Shown here piece after piece: positions 36,706 to 47,396 of a stretch of DNA of 64,000 bases. The DNA is from Gemmatimonadota bacterium (GTDB taxonomy: Bacteria; Latescibacterota; UBA2968; UBA8231), in the NCBI GenBank assembly GCA_038153405.1, contig JAYOYH010000012.1:11021-75020 (forward strand), read 5' to 3'. Numbering within the stretch: position 1 is the first letter of the stretch; each line of letters begins with the position of its first letter. The notes beneath the pieces were generated by a model, which was not told the DNA's origin, made no database searches, and saw only the letters and a program-made list of their open reading frames with translations. The position numbers and the translations under genes were made by a program.

Positions 36706-38676
36706 ATGGCAGACGAAGTATATCAGCCCTCAGCCTCCCTGCAAGAGAGGGCCTTTATCAACAGCATGGAGGCCTACCAACAGGAGTACGAGCGTTCCAT
36801 TGCCGATCCTGAGGCGTTCTGGGCAGAAAAAGCGGAAGCGTTCCATTGGTTCAAAAAATGGGACACCGTCTGCTCGTACAATTACGACATGAGCAAAGGC
36901 CCCATCTCGATCAAGTGGTTTGAGGGCGGCAAGACGAACATCACCTACAACTGCCTGGACCGCCATCTCGACGGCAAAGGCGATCAGACGGCGATCGTCT
37001 GGGAGGGCAATAGCCCCGACGAAGACGCGACACTAACCTACAGGGAACTGCACGAGCGGGTCTGCAAATTCGCCAACGTGCTCAAGAGCCGCGGCGTTAA
37101 AAAGGGCGATCGCGTGTCGATCTACATGCCGATGGTGCCCGAATTGGCCGTGGCCATGTTGGCCTGTGCGCGCATCGGCGCTATGCACTCGATCGTCTTT
37201 GGCGGCTTTTCCGCCGACGCGCTGGCCGATCGCATCGTCGATGCCACCTGCACCACCGTGCTGACCTGCGACGGCATCTACCGCGGCGCCAAGCCCGTGG
37301 TGATGAAGCCGCTAGTCGATGAGGCCATGGCCAACGCCGAAAGGCAAATGGGACAGCCCGTCACTACCTGCATCGTCGTGCGCCACCACGCCGACGACGC
37401 CGATTTCACCTGCCCCATGCAGGACGGCCGCGACGTCGACTACGCCGAGGCCATGGCCGCCGCATCGGCCGACTGCCCGCCTGAAGAAATGGACGCTGAA
37501 GACCCGCTCTTTATCCTCTATACTTCGGGCTCGACCGGCAAACCCAAGGGCGTGCAGCACACCGTGGGCGGCTATATGGTCTACACGGCCACTACGCACA
37601 AATACGTCTTTGACTACCACGACGGCGATATCTATTTCTGCGCCGCCGATATCGGCTGGATCACCGGTCACTCCTACATCATCTACGGCCCGCTGGCCAA
37701 TGGCGCGACCACCATGATGTTCGGCGGCATTCCGACCTACCCCGACGCAGAGCGCTACTGGCAGATCATCGAAAAGTGGAACGTCACCCAGTTTTACACC
37801 GCGCCGACGGCTATTCGCGCCATTGCCGCAGCCGGCGAAGAGTTGCCGACTAAATACGATATGGCCTCGCTGAAAATCCTCGGCAGCGTCGGCGAACCGA
37901 TCAACCCGGAAGCCTGGCGCTGGTACTATACCAAGGCGGGCAAGGAGCGCAGCCCGATCGTCGATACCTGGTGGCAAACCGAGACGGGCGGCATTCTCAT
38001 TACGCCGCTGCCCGGTGCCACGCCGCTCAAACCCGGTTCGGCAACTTTTCCCTTTTTTGGCGTGCAACCCGTCGTGCTCGAACCGGAGAAGGGCACCGAG
38101 ATCGAAGGCAACGACATCAGCGGCGTGCTTGCACTAAAAGCGCCCTGGCCCGGCCAGATGCGCACCGTCTACGGCGACCACGAGCGCTTTGAGAACACCT
38201 ATTTCCAGCAGTATAAAGGCTATTACTTTACCGGCGACGGCTGTCGCCGCGACGCGGACGGCTACTACTGGATTACCGGACGCGTCGACGACGTGATCAA
38301 CGTATCCGGCCATCGAATGGGCACCGCCGAAGTAGAGAGCGCGCTCGTGCTGCACGGCAAAGTGGCCGAGGCCGCCGTCGTTGGCTTCCCGCACAACATC
38401 AAGGGCGAGGGGATTTACGCCTACGTCACGCTCAACGCCGGCGAGGAATACACCGACGCGTTGAAAGACGAGCTAAAAAAGCACGTGCGTCAGGTCATCG
38501 GTCCCATTGCCACTCCCGACGTCATTCACTGGGCACCGGGCCTGCCCAAGACGCGCTCGGGCAAAATCATGCGGCGCATTCTCCGCAAGATATCAACCAA
38601 CGAGATCGATCAGCTCGGCGATACGTCAACGCTGGCCGATCCGGGCGTGGTCGACCAGTTGCTCGCCAACCGCTAG
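36706..38676 (+). CDS. acs: Acetyl-CoA synthetase (AMP-forming)
   Basis: [53 protein letters not shown]. Confidence 0.97.
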   Translation: MADEVYQPSASLQERAFINSMEAYQQEYERSIADPEAFWAEKAEAFHWFKKWDTVCSYNYDMSKGPISIKWFEGGKTNITYNCLDRHLDGKGDQTAIVWEGNSPDEDATLTYRELHERVCKFANVLKSRGVKKGDRVSIYMPMVPELAVAMLACARIGAMHSIVFGGFSADALADRIVDATCTTVLTCDGIYRGAKPVVMKPLVDEAMANAERQMGQPVTTCIVVRHHADDADFTCPMQDGRDVDYAEAMAAASADCPPEEMDAEDPLFILYTSGSTGKPKGVQHTVGGYMVYTATTHKYVFDYHDGDIYFCAADIGWITGHSYIIYGPLANGATTMMFGGIPTYPDAERYWQIIEKWNVTQFYTAPTAIRAIAAAGEELPTKYDMASLKILGSVGEPINPEAWRWYYTKAGKERSPIVDTWWQTETGGILITPLPGATPLKPGSATFPFFGVQPVVLEPEKGTEIEGNDISGVLALKAPWPGQMRTVYGDHERFENTYFQQYKGYYFTGDGCRRDADGYYWITGRVDDVINVSGHRMGTAEVESALVLHGKVAEAAVVGFPHNIKGEGIYAYVTLNAGEEYTDALKDELKKHVRQVIGPIATPDVIHWAPGLPKTRSGKIMRRILRKISTNEIDQLGDTSTLADPGVVDQLLANR

Positions 38677-38691
38677 GACCCCACGCGGGCC

Positions 38692-38728
38692 AACCGGCGG
38701 CTTCCCAGCGGAAGTCGCCGGTTTTTTT
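38692..38728 (+). terminator. Intrinsic terminator of acs
   Basis: ACCGGCGGCTTCC / GGAAGTCGCCGGT stem followed by a T-tract. Confidence 0.8.
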
Positions 38729-38760
38729 ATTCATTCTCTGCGTTTGCTACATAACCAACT

Positions 38761-40722
38761 ATGTCGCTACCCATATCTTTTAAAGACGATGTAACGCGCG
38801 ATATTGCGCGCGCCGCTAGCCGAGAGTGGTTAGAAACCAACGGCCTCGGCGGCTGGTCATCGTCCACTATCTGCATGGCGCATACGCGCCGCTATCACGG
38901 CCTGCTCGTCGTCGCACAGCACCCACCCGTCGGCCGCGTCGTCCTTCTATCTCACCTAGACGAGACGCTATCGATTGAGGGCAACCGCCTCGCATTGGGC
39001 TGTCATTTCTTTCCCGGCGCCACGCATCCGCAGGGGCATCTACACCTATCCTCTTTTGCCCTGACGCCCAGCCCGACCTTCCTCTATACCAGCCAAGGCA
39101 TATCGCTGCGCAAACAGATCGCCATGCTCTACGGCGAACACGGCCTCGTTATTCGCTACGAACTCCTGCGCGCACCGGCTCCCCTGCATATGGAGCTACA
39201 GCCGTTCTTTGCCGGACGCGACTATCACCATCTAATGAGCGCCAACAGCGATGTGCAGACGCAGGCCGATTTTGCCGACGACTTATTTTCCTACACTCCC
39301 TATGCTGGCCTGCCCACGACCTATATCCACCTGCCTGGAGCACGCTACGCGTCAGCGCCAGACTGGTATTACAACTACGTATACCCGCGCGAAGAAGAGC
39401 GCGGCCTCGATGCCAGTGAAGACCTCTTTACGCCCGGCACGCTCAACGCTACCCTGCGCGTTGGCCAGCCGCTTCACGTGCTCGTCAGCACGGCCAATCC
39501 ACACAGCCGCCATGCAGAGGCGCTCTTCGTCGACGAGATGGCGCGCCGTGCGCGCCTAGTCGCACCGGCTCTCATTGCGAAAAAACCGCATTTGGTTCAG
39601 CTAGCCCGTGCCGCCGATCAATTTCTCGTGCGGCGCGGCAGCGGACTGCACACCATCTTGGCTGGCTATCCCTGGTTTACCGATTGGGGGCGCGATACCA
39701 TGATTGCCCTGCCCGGCATTTGCTTGGTAAACGGCAAATGGGCCGAGGCGCGTGCCATTTTTCGCGCTTTTGTAGAACACGTCAATGAGGGCCTGATTCC
39801 CAACCGCTTTCCCGACCACGGCGAAGTGCCCGACTACAATACCGTCGACGCCACACTGTGGCTGTTTACCGCACTCCATAAATACGAACGGCACAGCGGC
39901 GACGAGGCGTTGGGCGACGAACTATGGCCCGTTTTGCGCGATATCATCGCCTGGCACGCGCGCGGCACGCGCTACCATATCGGCGTCGATGATGATGGCT
40001 TACTGCGCGCCGGCGAGCACGGCACGCAGCTTACGTGGATGGATGCCAAGGTCGGCGATTGGGTCGTCACGCCGCGCCAGGGCAAAGCCGTAGAGATCAA
40101 TGCACTCTGGTACAACGCCCTGCGCATTGCCGCCCCAATCGCCCAACGGCGCGGCGAAGAAGAATTCGCCGCTGAGTTATTGGCCAAGGCCGCTGCGCTC
40201 CAGGACACTTTTTCCGAACAGTTCTGGAACGCCGAGTTGGGCTGTTTATACGACGTGATAGATGGCGAAAGCAAAGATGCCTCCATTCGTCCCAACCAAC
40301 TCTTGGCGCTCTCCCTGCCCTTCCCCCTGCTAAATGGCGAGCGCGCCCATAGCCTCTTTGCCGTCGTCGACGAGCACCTCTACACGCCGCGCGGACTGCG
40401 CTCGCTATCGCCGCGCCACCCGGCCTATCGCAGTCGCTATTGGGGCGGTCCATGGGAACGCGATGGTTCCTATCATCAAGGTATCGTATGGGGCTGGCTC
40501 ATGGGGCCCTTTCTAACGGCGCTGGCGCGCCTGCACGGCGAAGAGGGCAAGGTGCGCGGGCGCGCTATTGTCGAAGGGTTTACCGAACACCTGTGCGAAG
40601 CCGGTCTCGGCTCCGTGTCAGAAATATTTGACGCCGATCCGCCTTTCGCACCGCGCGGCTGCTTTGCGCAGGCATGGAGCGTAGCTGAACTGCTGCGAGC
40701 CTCCGTCGAAGACCTATCGTGA
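38761..40722 (+). CDS. Amylo-alpha-1,6-glucosidase (glycogen debranching enzyme, GH133)
   Basis: EWLETNGLGG, RRYHGLL, AGYPWFTDWGRDTMI, TWMDA, RPNQ, YHQG, QAWSVAE. Confidence 0.93.
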   Translation: MSLPISFKDDVTRDIARAASREWLETNGLGGWSSSTICMAHTRRYHGLLVVAQHPPVGRVVLLSHLDETLSIEGNRLALGCHFFPGATHPQGHLHLSSFALTPSPTFLYTSQGISLRKQIAMLYGEHGLVIRYELLRAPAPLHMELQPFFAGRDYHHLMSANSDVQTQADFADDLFSYTPYAGLPTTYIHLPGARYASAPDWYYNYVYPREEERGLDASEDLFTPGTLNATLRVGQPLHVLVSTANPHSRHAEALFVDEMARRARLVAPALIAKKPHLVQLARAADQFLVRRGSGLHTILAGYPWFTDWGRDTMIALPGICLVNGKWAEARAIFRAFVEHVNEGLIPNRFPDHGEVPDYNTVDATLWLFTALHKYERHSGDEALGDELWPVLRDIIAWHARGTRYHIGVDDDGLLRAGEHGTQLTWMDAKVGDWVVTPRQGKAVEINALWYNALRIAAPIAQRRGEEEFAAELLAKAAALQDTFSEQFWNAELGCLYDVIDGESKDASIRPNQLLALSLPFPLLNGERAHSLFAVVDEHLYTPRGLRSLSPRHPAYRSRYWGGPWERDGSYHQGIVWGWLMGPFLTALARLHGEEGKVRGRAIVEGFTEHLCEAGLGSVSEIFDADPPFAPRGCFAQAWSVAELLRASVEDLS

Positions 40723-40748
40723 GTAGGCAGTGCGATCTATCAGGTGCG

Positions 40749-41609
40749 TCAGCCTTGCACCTGCGGATGGCGCGCCTTGGGCAGGCCGTGCTCATCACAC
40801 CACTCGGCGATCGGATTGCGCCCGCCATTGACCTGAAACGCCGCGACCTCTTCAAAAGCCTCGCCCACTAAAAAGCGCTGTAGCGGCGACAGCGTCTGCA
40901 CAAATTCCGGCGCTTGCTTCACGTAGTCCATTGGCATCACCCAACGATAGCCATAGCCGATCATAATCGCCTTGCGCGTATCATTGCCCCGGTGCAGCGC
41001 CCCGGCGTGAAACGTGCGATTTTCAAAGATCAGACAGTCGCCCGGCTGCAGCTGCGGCTCCACGGCATTTTCCGGATCGACCTGTCCGTCGGGAATGGAG
41101 AGTCCACCCGAAAGCAGATGGCTGCCCGGAGAGACCATCGTCACGCCGCGCCCCTTCTCGCTGAGATCGGTCAAATAGTAGGCGCACTTGACTAGCAGGC
41201 GCGGAATGGCGGCATGGCCCATATCGTGCATTGCCATCGCGTAGTCGCGGTGCCAGCCCGGCAGTCGGTGCGTGGCCGGCTTATCGGATGGATCGGGCTG
41301 TTTGTAAATCAGGTGCGACGTCATCACGTGCAAACTCGCGCCCAGAAGCTGCACGACGACGGGCAAGATCCTCTCGTGATCGATTAGCGCGGCAAAGGCC
41401 GGATCGAGTGCGATCGAGTTGCGAAAGCCGTCGTAAATGCCGCCGCTGGTGGTCTGGCGATTGGTCTGCATTTCGCTGTCGAGCAGGCGATCGCCGGCGG
41501 CGATTAACTGCTCTACCGTCGCCGCATCGAGGGCATTGCGCACGATCAGATAACCCTGCTGATCGAAGTGATCGATGTCTGTTTGAGAAACGGGTTCGTA
41601 TTTCAGCAT
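40749..41609 (-). CDS. Phytanoyl-CoA dioxygenase (PhyH) family protein
   Basis: FDQQGY, WHRD, YYLTD, PGSH, PGD.LIF..RTFH. Confidence 0.88.
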   Translation of the reverse strand: MLKYEPVSQTDIDHFDQQGYLIVRNALDAATVEQLIAAGDRLLDSEMQTNRQTTSGGIYDGFRNSIALDPAFAALIDHERILPVVVQLLGASLHVMTSHLIYKQPDPSDKPATHRLPGWHRDYAMAMHDMGHAAIPRLLVKCAYYLTDLSEKGRGVTMVSPGSHLLSGGLSIPDGQVDPENAVEPQLQPGDCLIFENRTFHAGALHRGNDTRKAIMIGYGYRWVMPMDYVKQAPEFVQTLSPLQRFLVGEAFEEVAAFQVNGGRNPIAEWCDEHGLPKARHPQVQG

Positions 41610-41617
41610 AAGTCCTC

Positions 41618-42901
41618 TCACGAAGCGGCACCGACAGCCGCCTCTTCTTTTTTGCGCTGCGCGCTCAGTTCAGCTAAACTGCCCAAATTGCGCAGCGAGG
41701 GAAATAGGCCACTCCATGCCAGCACGACCACGAGCGTGCCGATGCCGCCGCTGACGACGGAAACTACCGGATTGTAAAGCTGGGCGACAAGCCCCGACTC
41801 AAAGCCGCCGATCTCGTTGGAAGAGCCGATGAAAATCGAATTGACAGCTGAGACGCGACCGCGCATGTGGTTGGGCGTGCTCATCTGCGATACGACATGG
41901 CGCACGACCATGCTGACGTTGTCGAACGCGCCGGTCAACGCCAGCATCAACATTGAAAGCCAGAAGTTCTGTGATAGGCCGAAGACGATGGTCGCCGCAC
42001 CAAAGCCCGCCACGCAGAACAGCAGCGTGCGCCCCGCCCGCCGCATCGGTGGCAGATGCGCCATCAGCAGGGCCATCACACAGGCACCGGCGGCCGGCGC
42101 TGCGCGCAGCCAGCCCAGCGCCTCTTCGGGCTCAAGACCGACGGGCGCTAGATCGACAATTTCGCGCGCGAAGATGGGCAGCAGATAAACGGCTCCGCCC
42201 AGCAGCACGGCGAATAGGTCGAGCGAACTGGCGCCAAGCAGGATTTTTTTGTTCCAGACAAAGCGCAGCCCCTCGGCTACCTGCTCGAACATGCGTCCGC
42301 GTGCGCTGCGCGTGGACGCCGGAAGCTGCATGCCAAAGAGAAAGACGATAAAGGCCAGCGAGGAAATCGCGCTCAGCACATAGGCCGCTTGAATATTGTA
42401 GGCAATGATAAAACCGCCGATAGCCGGGCCGCCGATGCCGGTGATTTGCTGCAGGCTCGTGCGCCATTTAACGGCGTTTTCGAATTCCTCTTCCGGCACG
42501 AGCAGCGGCATGATGGCCGTGCGCGCCGGCGCGCCCATGCGCAGCATCGTCGCGTCGAGAAAGAGCAGCGCATACATCCAGTGCACCGACAGCTCATGGT
42601 AGCTAAAAGCCGCAAGACCCAGCGACGTGAGCGTGGCGCCGGCCAGACTCAGCATCATCAGCTTGCGGCGATCGTAGACGTCGGCCAAATAGCCAGCCGG
42701 CAGCGTAAAAATCAGCATGGGAATGGCCTGGACGAGTCCGACCAGCCCGAGCGAAATAGCTTCGCCCGTTCGGTCGTATACTTCCCAGCCAATGGCCAGA
42801 CCCTGCGCCGCCGTCCCCATGCTGACCAGCGAAGACGCGACGAGATAATTGCGAAACAGCGCTATGCGCAGCGCGCTATACGGATCGTGTTTTTCGCTCA
42901 A
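41618..42901 (-). CDS. MFS transporter (H+ antiporter-like)
   Basis: G.LADVYDRRK, GPAIGG, LDLFAVLLGG, MRGRV, GSSNEIG.FESG; TTG start after GGAGG. Confidence 0.9.
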   Translation of the reverse strand: MSEKHDPYSALRIALFRNYLVASSLVSMGTAAQGLAIGWEVYDRTGEAISLGLVGLVQAIPMLIFTLPAGYLADVYDRRKLMMLSLAGATLTSLGLAAFSYHELSVHWMYALLFLDATMLRMGAPARTAIMPLLVPEEEFENAVKWRTSLQQITGIGGPAIGGFIIAYNIQAAYVLSAISSLAFIVFLFGMQLPASTRSARGRMFEQVAEGLRFVWNKKILLGASSLDLFAVLLGGAVYLLPIFAREIVDLAPVGLEPEEALGWLRAAPAAGACVMALLMAHLPPMRRAGRTLLFCVAGFGAATIVFGLSQNFWLSMLMLALTGAFDNVSMVVRHVVSQMSTPNHMRGRVSAVNSIFIGSSNEIGGFESGLVAQLYNPVVSVVSGGIGTLVVVLAWSGLFPSLRNLGSLAELSAQRKKEEAAVGAAS

Positions 42902-43093
42902 TGCACCTCCGCCCACTGGCGTGCGATGCCGCACGCAGTATCTCCTATACCTTCTCTAAAATGCTTCTGAACAAACAGCGGCAGAATATAATCGCGCCGA
43001 CCACTCTCTACAATTCCATCGGCTTGGCCGACGGTGCGATTTATGCGATACTATGCAACGAGTTAAACCAGCTATTGATCGCGGGGATACGAT

Positions 43094-43987
43094 ATGCCCA
43101 TTCGCTTTGTCCTGCTAACGGACAGTCACTACCACCCTCGGGCCGAAAAGGACTACGGTGCACCCAAGATGTTGACGCGCAGTCGCGAAGTGCTCGATGC
43201 CGTTCCCGACGCGGTCAACGCGCTCGACCCCGACTTTGTCGTGCACGCTGGCGACCTGCTTTGTGGGGGATCTTCCTTTGACCTGCCTACCGCGCTGTAC
43301 GAGCGCTCCGTCGACGAAGTGGCTGACGTATTCGCTTCCATCAAAGCACCTCTGTACTGCGTGCCTGGCAACCACGACTGCGACGCGCAGAGCGGTTCAA
43401 TGGACGGCTTTGCACGCCGCTTTCACCTGCCCAATCCGCTCACGACAGTGGACGCCGGGCCGCGCCTGCGCCTAGCGCTGGCCAATGTATACCACGCCTG
43501 TAACGGCGTCGACGAAGGGTGCGGCATTTGGACCGATGCGCTCGATGCGCACCTGCGCTCCGCTGCGCTACGGGCCGAGCGCGACCGCTGCGCGCTCCTG
43601 CTCGTCTTGCATACTTGGGTGCTGTCCGATCACACGCCGGGCAGGGGCGTGGTCAACAACGTCGAAAAACTCGTCGATACGCTGACCACTCACCCGGCCA
43701 TCGCCGCCGTCTTTACCGGCCATCGCCACCTCAACCGCATACGCATGTACCGCGACGTGCTCGTCGTCGACACCGCTTGCTTAGTCGGTTTCCCGCTCGG
43801 CTTCCGCCTGATTGAGCTAACAGACGATGGGCTGTTGAAGACCCGCTTCCACGCGCTGCCCCTGCCCGAACTGAGCGCGGCTTCCTACGCGCGCTCGGCC
43901 GAGTGGGAAAACGAGCGCTGGCAGGGCGAAATTCACGATCGCGACACCGAAGTGCTGCTGCCGCGCCTGCGCCATAGCTGGTCTTAG
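43094..43987 (+). CDS. Calcineurin-like metallophosphoesterase
   Basis: TDSH, AGDL, GNHD, FTGHRH motifs. Confidence 0.88.
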   Translation: MPIRFVLLTDSHYHPRAEKDYGAPKMLTRSREVLDAVPDAVNALDPDFVVHAGDLLCGGSSFDLPTALYERSVDEVADVFASIKAPLYCVPGNHDCDAQSGSMDGFARRFHLPNPLTTVDAGPRLRLALANVYHACNGVDEGCGIWTDALDAHLRSAALRAERDRCALLLVLHTWVLSDHTPGRGVVNNVEKLVDTLTTHPAIAAVFTGHRHLNRIRMYRDVLVVDTACLVGFPLGFRLIELTDDGLLKTRFHALPLPELSAASYARSAEWENERWQGEIHDRDTEVLLPRLRHSWS

Positions 43988-44002
43988 ACAGCGAGGTCTT
44001 CC

Positions 44003-45100
44003 GTGCAACTACGCGAACAGAAAATGCCCGGCGGCTGGGCCGTCGACCTCTTTTGCGACGGGCGCTCCATTTCGCGCCTGTGGATTGCCGATCGTCAGAT
44101 GCGGATTGGATCGTGCACCGTTAAAATAGGAGGCATTGCCGGCGTCGGCACCGATGCCCAGTACCGCAAACAGGGTCTGGCCAGCCGCGTGCTCAACGCC
44201 GCTGTCGAGCTAATGGGACGCGAGGACTACGACGCCTCTTTTCTCTACGGCATCGCCGATTTTTACCACCGCTTTGGCTTTGTAACGTGCATGCCGCAGC
44301 ACAGTCTAGAATTGGATACGCGAAGCGCCGAACGCGCCGAAGACCGTTTGAAGATGCGGCCTGTCCACAAGGCCGATTACGCTACCATAGCCCGCATATA
44401 CAACCGCGACAGCGCCGAGCGCACGGCCAGTTGCACGCGCGACGTGCGCCGTTGGCGCGGCTTTCCCATGGGATCGGGCTTTGGCGTGCCCTGCACGACC
44501 CGCGTCGTTGTCGACGGGCGCAGCCGAGTTATCGGCTACGTGCTCTACGACGACATAGACACGCACTGCCGCGTCGCCGAAGTGGGCGGTCGGGGCGAAG
44601 CCGTATTTCACGCACTCCTGCGCGATATGGCGCGCCGCGCCGTCGCGCTGCGCCGCGGCAGTTTTTCGCTAAGCCTGCCACCCGACCACCCCTTTGCCCT
44701 ATTCTGCCGCAGCTACGGCTGCACGGCGCACACGGCCTACGAACGCAGCGCCGGCCCCATGGGACGCCTTATCAATTTGCATTCCTGCATGGAAAAAGTG
44801 TGCTCTGTGCTGGCGCTTCGCTGGGGTCCCGCCGACCGCCAACAACCGCTCGCCGTGCGCACGGATATAGGAGATTTTTCGCTGGGTTGGCGCGACAACC
44901 AGCTGCGCGTCGACCACGAACAAATGCGGGGCGCCGTCCGCCTCGACCAGACCGCGCTTACTCAGCTACTGCTCGGCTATGCTACGCCGAGCCATCTCAA
45001 GGCCGCTGGCCAACTGGCGTGCAGTAAGGCGCAGCTCGCTCTATTGGAGCGCCTGTTTCCGCTGCAACAGGCCCATATGTCCTGGCCCGACCGCTTTTAA
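44003..45100 (+). CDS. GNAT acetyltransferase (Eis-like, with SCP2-like C-terminus)
   Basis: GIAGVGTD..YRKQGLA, FYHRFGF, L.QLLLGY, C-terminal DRF. Confidence 0.85.
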   Translation: MQLREQKMPGGWAVDLFCDGRSISRLWIADRQMRIGSCTVKIGGIAGVGTDAQYRKQGLASRVLNAAVELMGREDYDASFLYGIADFYHRFGFVTCMPQHSLELDTRSAERAEDRLKMRPVHKADYATIARIYNRDSAERTASCTRDVRRWRGFPMGSGFGVPCTTRVVVDGRSRVIGYVLYDDIDTHCRVAEVGGRGEAVFHALLRDMARRAVALRRGSFSLSLPPDHPFALFCRSYGCTAHTAYERSAGPMGRLINLHSCMEKVCSVLALRWGPADRQQPLAVRTDIGDFSLGWRDNQLRVDHEQMRGAVRLDQTALTQLLLGYATPSHLKAAGQLACSKAQLALLERLFPLQQAHMSWPDRF

Positions 45101-45114
45101 AAGGGAGACCAACT

Positions 45115-46575
45115 ATGCGCATTCTGCTAGCGGCTTTCAAGCAAGAAACCGCTACCTTTAACCCAGCTTGTTCGACGCGAGAGCATTTCACCGTAGCGCG
45201 CGGCGACGATATCCTGGCGCTAAAGAACACGCGCAGCGAAATCGGCGGCGCCCTGACGGTCTTTGCCGAGATGAGTGTCGAAATCGTACCGACCTACGCG
45301 GCGTGGGCCGTGTCTGGCGGTCCGGTAGACGACGGCGAGTTGGACGGCATGATCGACGAGATGCTCGCCTCCGTCCGCGCGCATAGAAACGTCGACGGCG
45401 CGCTCATTATCTTCCACGGCGCCATGGCCGGCCAGACGGAAATGGATCCCGAAGGGCGCGTCCTAACAGCGGCGCGCGAGATACTCGGGGATATACCCAT
45501 CGTCACCACCTTCGATCTGCACGGCGTTATTACCGACCGACTCGTCGAGCACTCGGACGCCATCGTGCCCTTTCACACCTATCCGCACGTCGATCAGTAC
45601 GAAACTGGCCAGCGCGGAGCCCGCTGTTTGCTCAGGTTGCTCACCACGACAGCCAAGCCCGTTATTGCGCGCATTAAACTGCCCATGCTCGTGCGCGGCG
45701 ACGAACTCATTACCGCAACCGGGCGCTTTGGCCAGGCCATTGGCCTGTGCCAGAAAATCGAACGATCTGAAAGGGGACTAGCGGCCGGCGTCTTTATCGG
45801 GAATCCCTTTACCGACGTGCCCGACCTGCGCTCTAACGTCGTTATTACCGCCGACGGCGACGCGGAATGGGCGCAGCAAAGGGCCGTGGAAATCGCCCGC
45901 TTTATGTGGGATAATAGAGCGCATTTCGTCGCTCCGCTGACCCCGCTGGACGAGGCCATTGGCCTAGCCGAGAGCACGGATGGGCTCACGGTATTCTCGG
46001 ACGCGGCCGACGCCACGTCTTCGGGCGCCTCAGGCGATAGCAACGCGGCGCTGCGGGGCCTGATTGCGCACGGCTACTCGGGAACGGCTCTGCTGCCTTT
46101 GGTTGACGCACCGGCGGCCCGAGCGGCCTTTGCAGCCGGCGTGGGCAAGAGCATCCGCGTGGCGCTGGGCGGCAGCGTTGACCGGCAGCGACACGAGCCC
46201 ATCGAGTGCGAGGCCTACGTAAAAGCGCTCGGAGACGGCCACTTCCTCTACAGCGACGGCCTGCCCGGCCACGCCGGTCCCACCGCCGTGCTCTGCGTCG
46301 GACGCTACACCTTGATGGTGACGACGCTGCCCGTCAACATTATGGATCGCCACGTCTTCATGGCCTGTGGCCTGCTGCCGGAGCACTTTGATCTGGTGGT
46401 GTGCAAATCGCCCAACGGCTTCCGACCGCACTACGAGCACATCGCCCGCCGCATCGTCGCCGTAGACCTGCCCGGCTCGACCAGTGCCAACCTGCGCTCA
46501 CTGCCCTTTGCTCGCTGCCCGCGTCCCATCTTCCCGCTGGACGAGGACGTCGCCGCCCCGGACGAATTGGCTTAG
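45115..46575 (+). CDS. M81 family metallopeptidase (MlrC-like)
   Basis: QETATFNP, FHGAM, DLHG, YPHVD, PFTDVP, D.AD...GA.GD, VCKS. Confidence 0.9.
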   Translation: MRILLAAFKQETATFNPACSTREHFTVARGDDILALKNTRSEIGGALTVFAEMSVEIVPTYAAWAVSGGPVDDGELDGMIDEMLASVRAHRNVDGALIIFHGAMAGQTEMDPEGRVLTAAREILGDIPIVTTFDLHGVITDRLVEHSDAIVPFHTYPHVDQYETGQRGARCLLRLLTTTAKPVIARIKLPMLVRGDELITATGRFGQAIGLCQKIERSERGLAAGVFIGNPFTDVPDLRSNVVITADGDAEWAQQRAVEIARFMWDNRAHFVAPLTPLDEAIGLAESTDGLTVFSDAADATSSGASGDSNAALRGLIAHGYSGTALLPLVDAPAARAAFAAGVGKSIRVALGGSVDRQRHEPIECEAYVKALGDGHFLYSDGLPGHAGPTAVLCVGRYTLMVTTLPVNIMDRHVFMACGLLPEHFDLVVCKSPNGFRPHYEHIARRIVAVDLPGSTSANLRSLPFARCPRPIFPLDEDVAAPDELA

Positions 46576-47330
46576 TCGACCGACGCCGTCACTTCGCCGA
46601 TCCAGCGCAGGCACTCGGCACCCCAGTCAAACGGCGCACCGAGCCCAAGCCCGTGTCGCCCGCGCGCGTAGAGATGCAGTTCAAAGGGCACGCCGCGGTC
46701 GCGCAGCGCCGAGGCAAAGAGCATGCTGTTTTCCAGCGGCACGCCGACGTCTTCGCCGGTGTGCCACAAAAAACACGGCGGCGTTGCAGCCGTAACGCCG
46801 CGCTCGGTGGACAGTTCGTCGAGTAGCCCTGGCGCAGGCGTCTCGCCCGCCAAATTGCGCATCGAGCCGGCGTGTGCAAAGGGCCCCTGCGACGTGATGA
46901 CCGGATAGCACAAGACGCCAAAGTCGGGGCGCAGCGACACCGCGCTCTCGTAGGTATCCCAAGCGACCAGCGCGTGCGAGGCCAGATGGCCACCGGCCGA
47001 CGAGCCCATAATGCCGATGCGCTGCGGATCGAGGCCGAATTCGCCGGCTCGAGCGCGCACGGCACAGATGGCCGACAGCGCGTCTTCGAGCATGGCCGGA
47101 TGGCGAAAGCCGTCCGTGCCCAGGCGATACGTCACCACAAAGCCGGCAATACCCGCCGCCGAAAAATACTCCGCATAGCCTCGTCCCTCGTGCTCGGCCA
47201 GCGCGCCGTAGCCGCCGCCGGGTAGAATGATCAAGCCCGCACCCGTGCTGTCTCCTTGCGGCAGCCAGCACTCGATGCGCGGCGAGGGGGCCGTAGTTCC
47301 GCCCTGCAATTCGCCTCTGATCTCGTCCAT
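46572..47330 (-). CDS. Alpha/beta hydrolase (BD-FAE / xylan esterase-like)
   Basis: PGGGY, HEG, GSSAGGHLA, RPDF..LCYPVI, D..V..ENS, G.HG.GL. Confidence 0.88.
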   Translation of the reverse strand: MDEIRGELQGGTTAPSPRIECWLPQGDSTGAGLIILPGGGYGALAEHEGRGYAEYFSAAGIAGFVVTYRLGTDGFRHPAMLEDALSAICAVRARAGEFGLDPQRIGIMGSSAGGHLASHALVAWDTYESAVSLRPDFGVLCYPVITSQGPFAHAGSMRNLAGETPAPGLLDELSTERGVTAATPPCFLWHTGEDVGVPLENSMLFASALRDRGVPFELHLYARGRHGLGLGAPFDWGAECLRWIGEVTASVD

Positions 47331-47396
47331 AATACCGTTCTCCCATGGGACAATGTGTAGTTTTCTACAAAGTTCCAACCAACGCCGGTTTCGCGC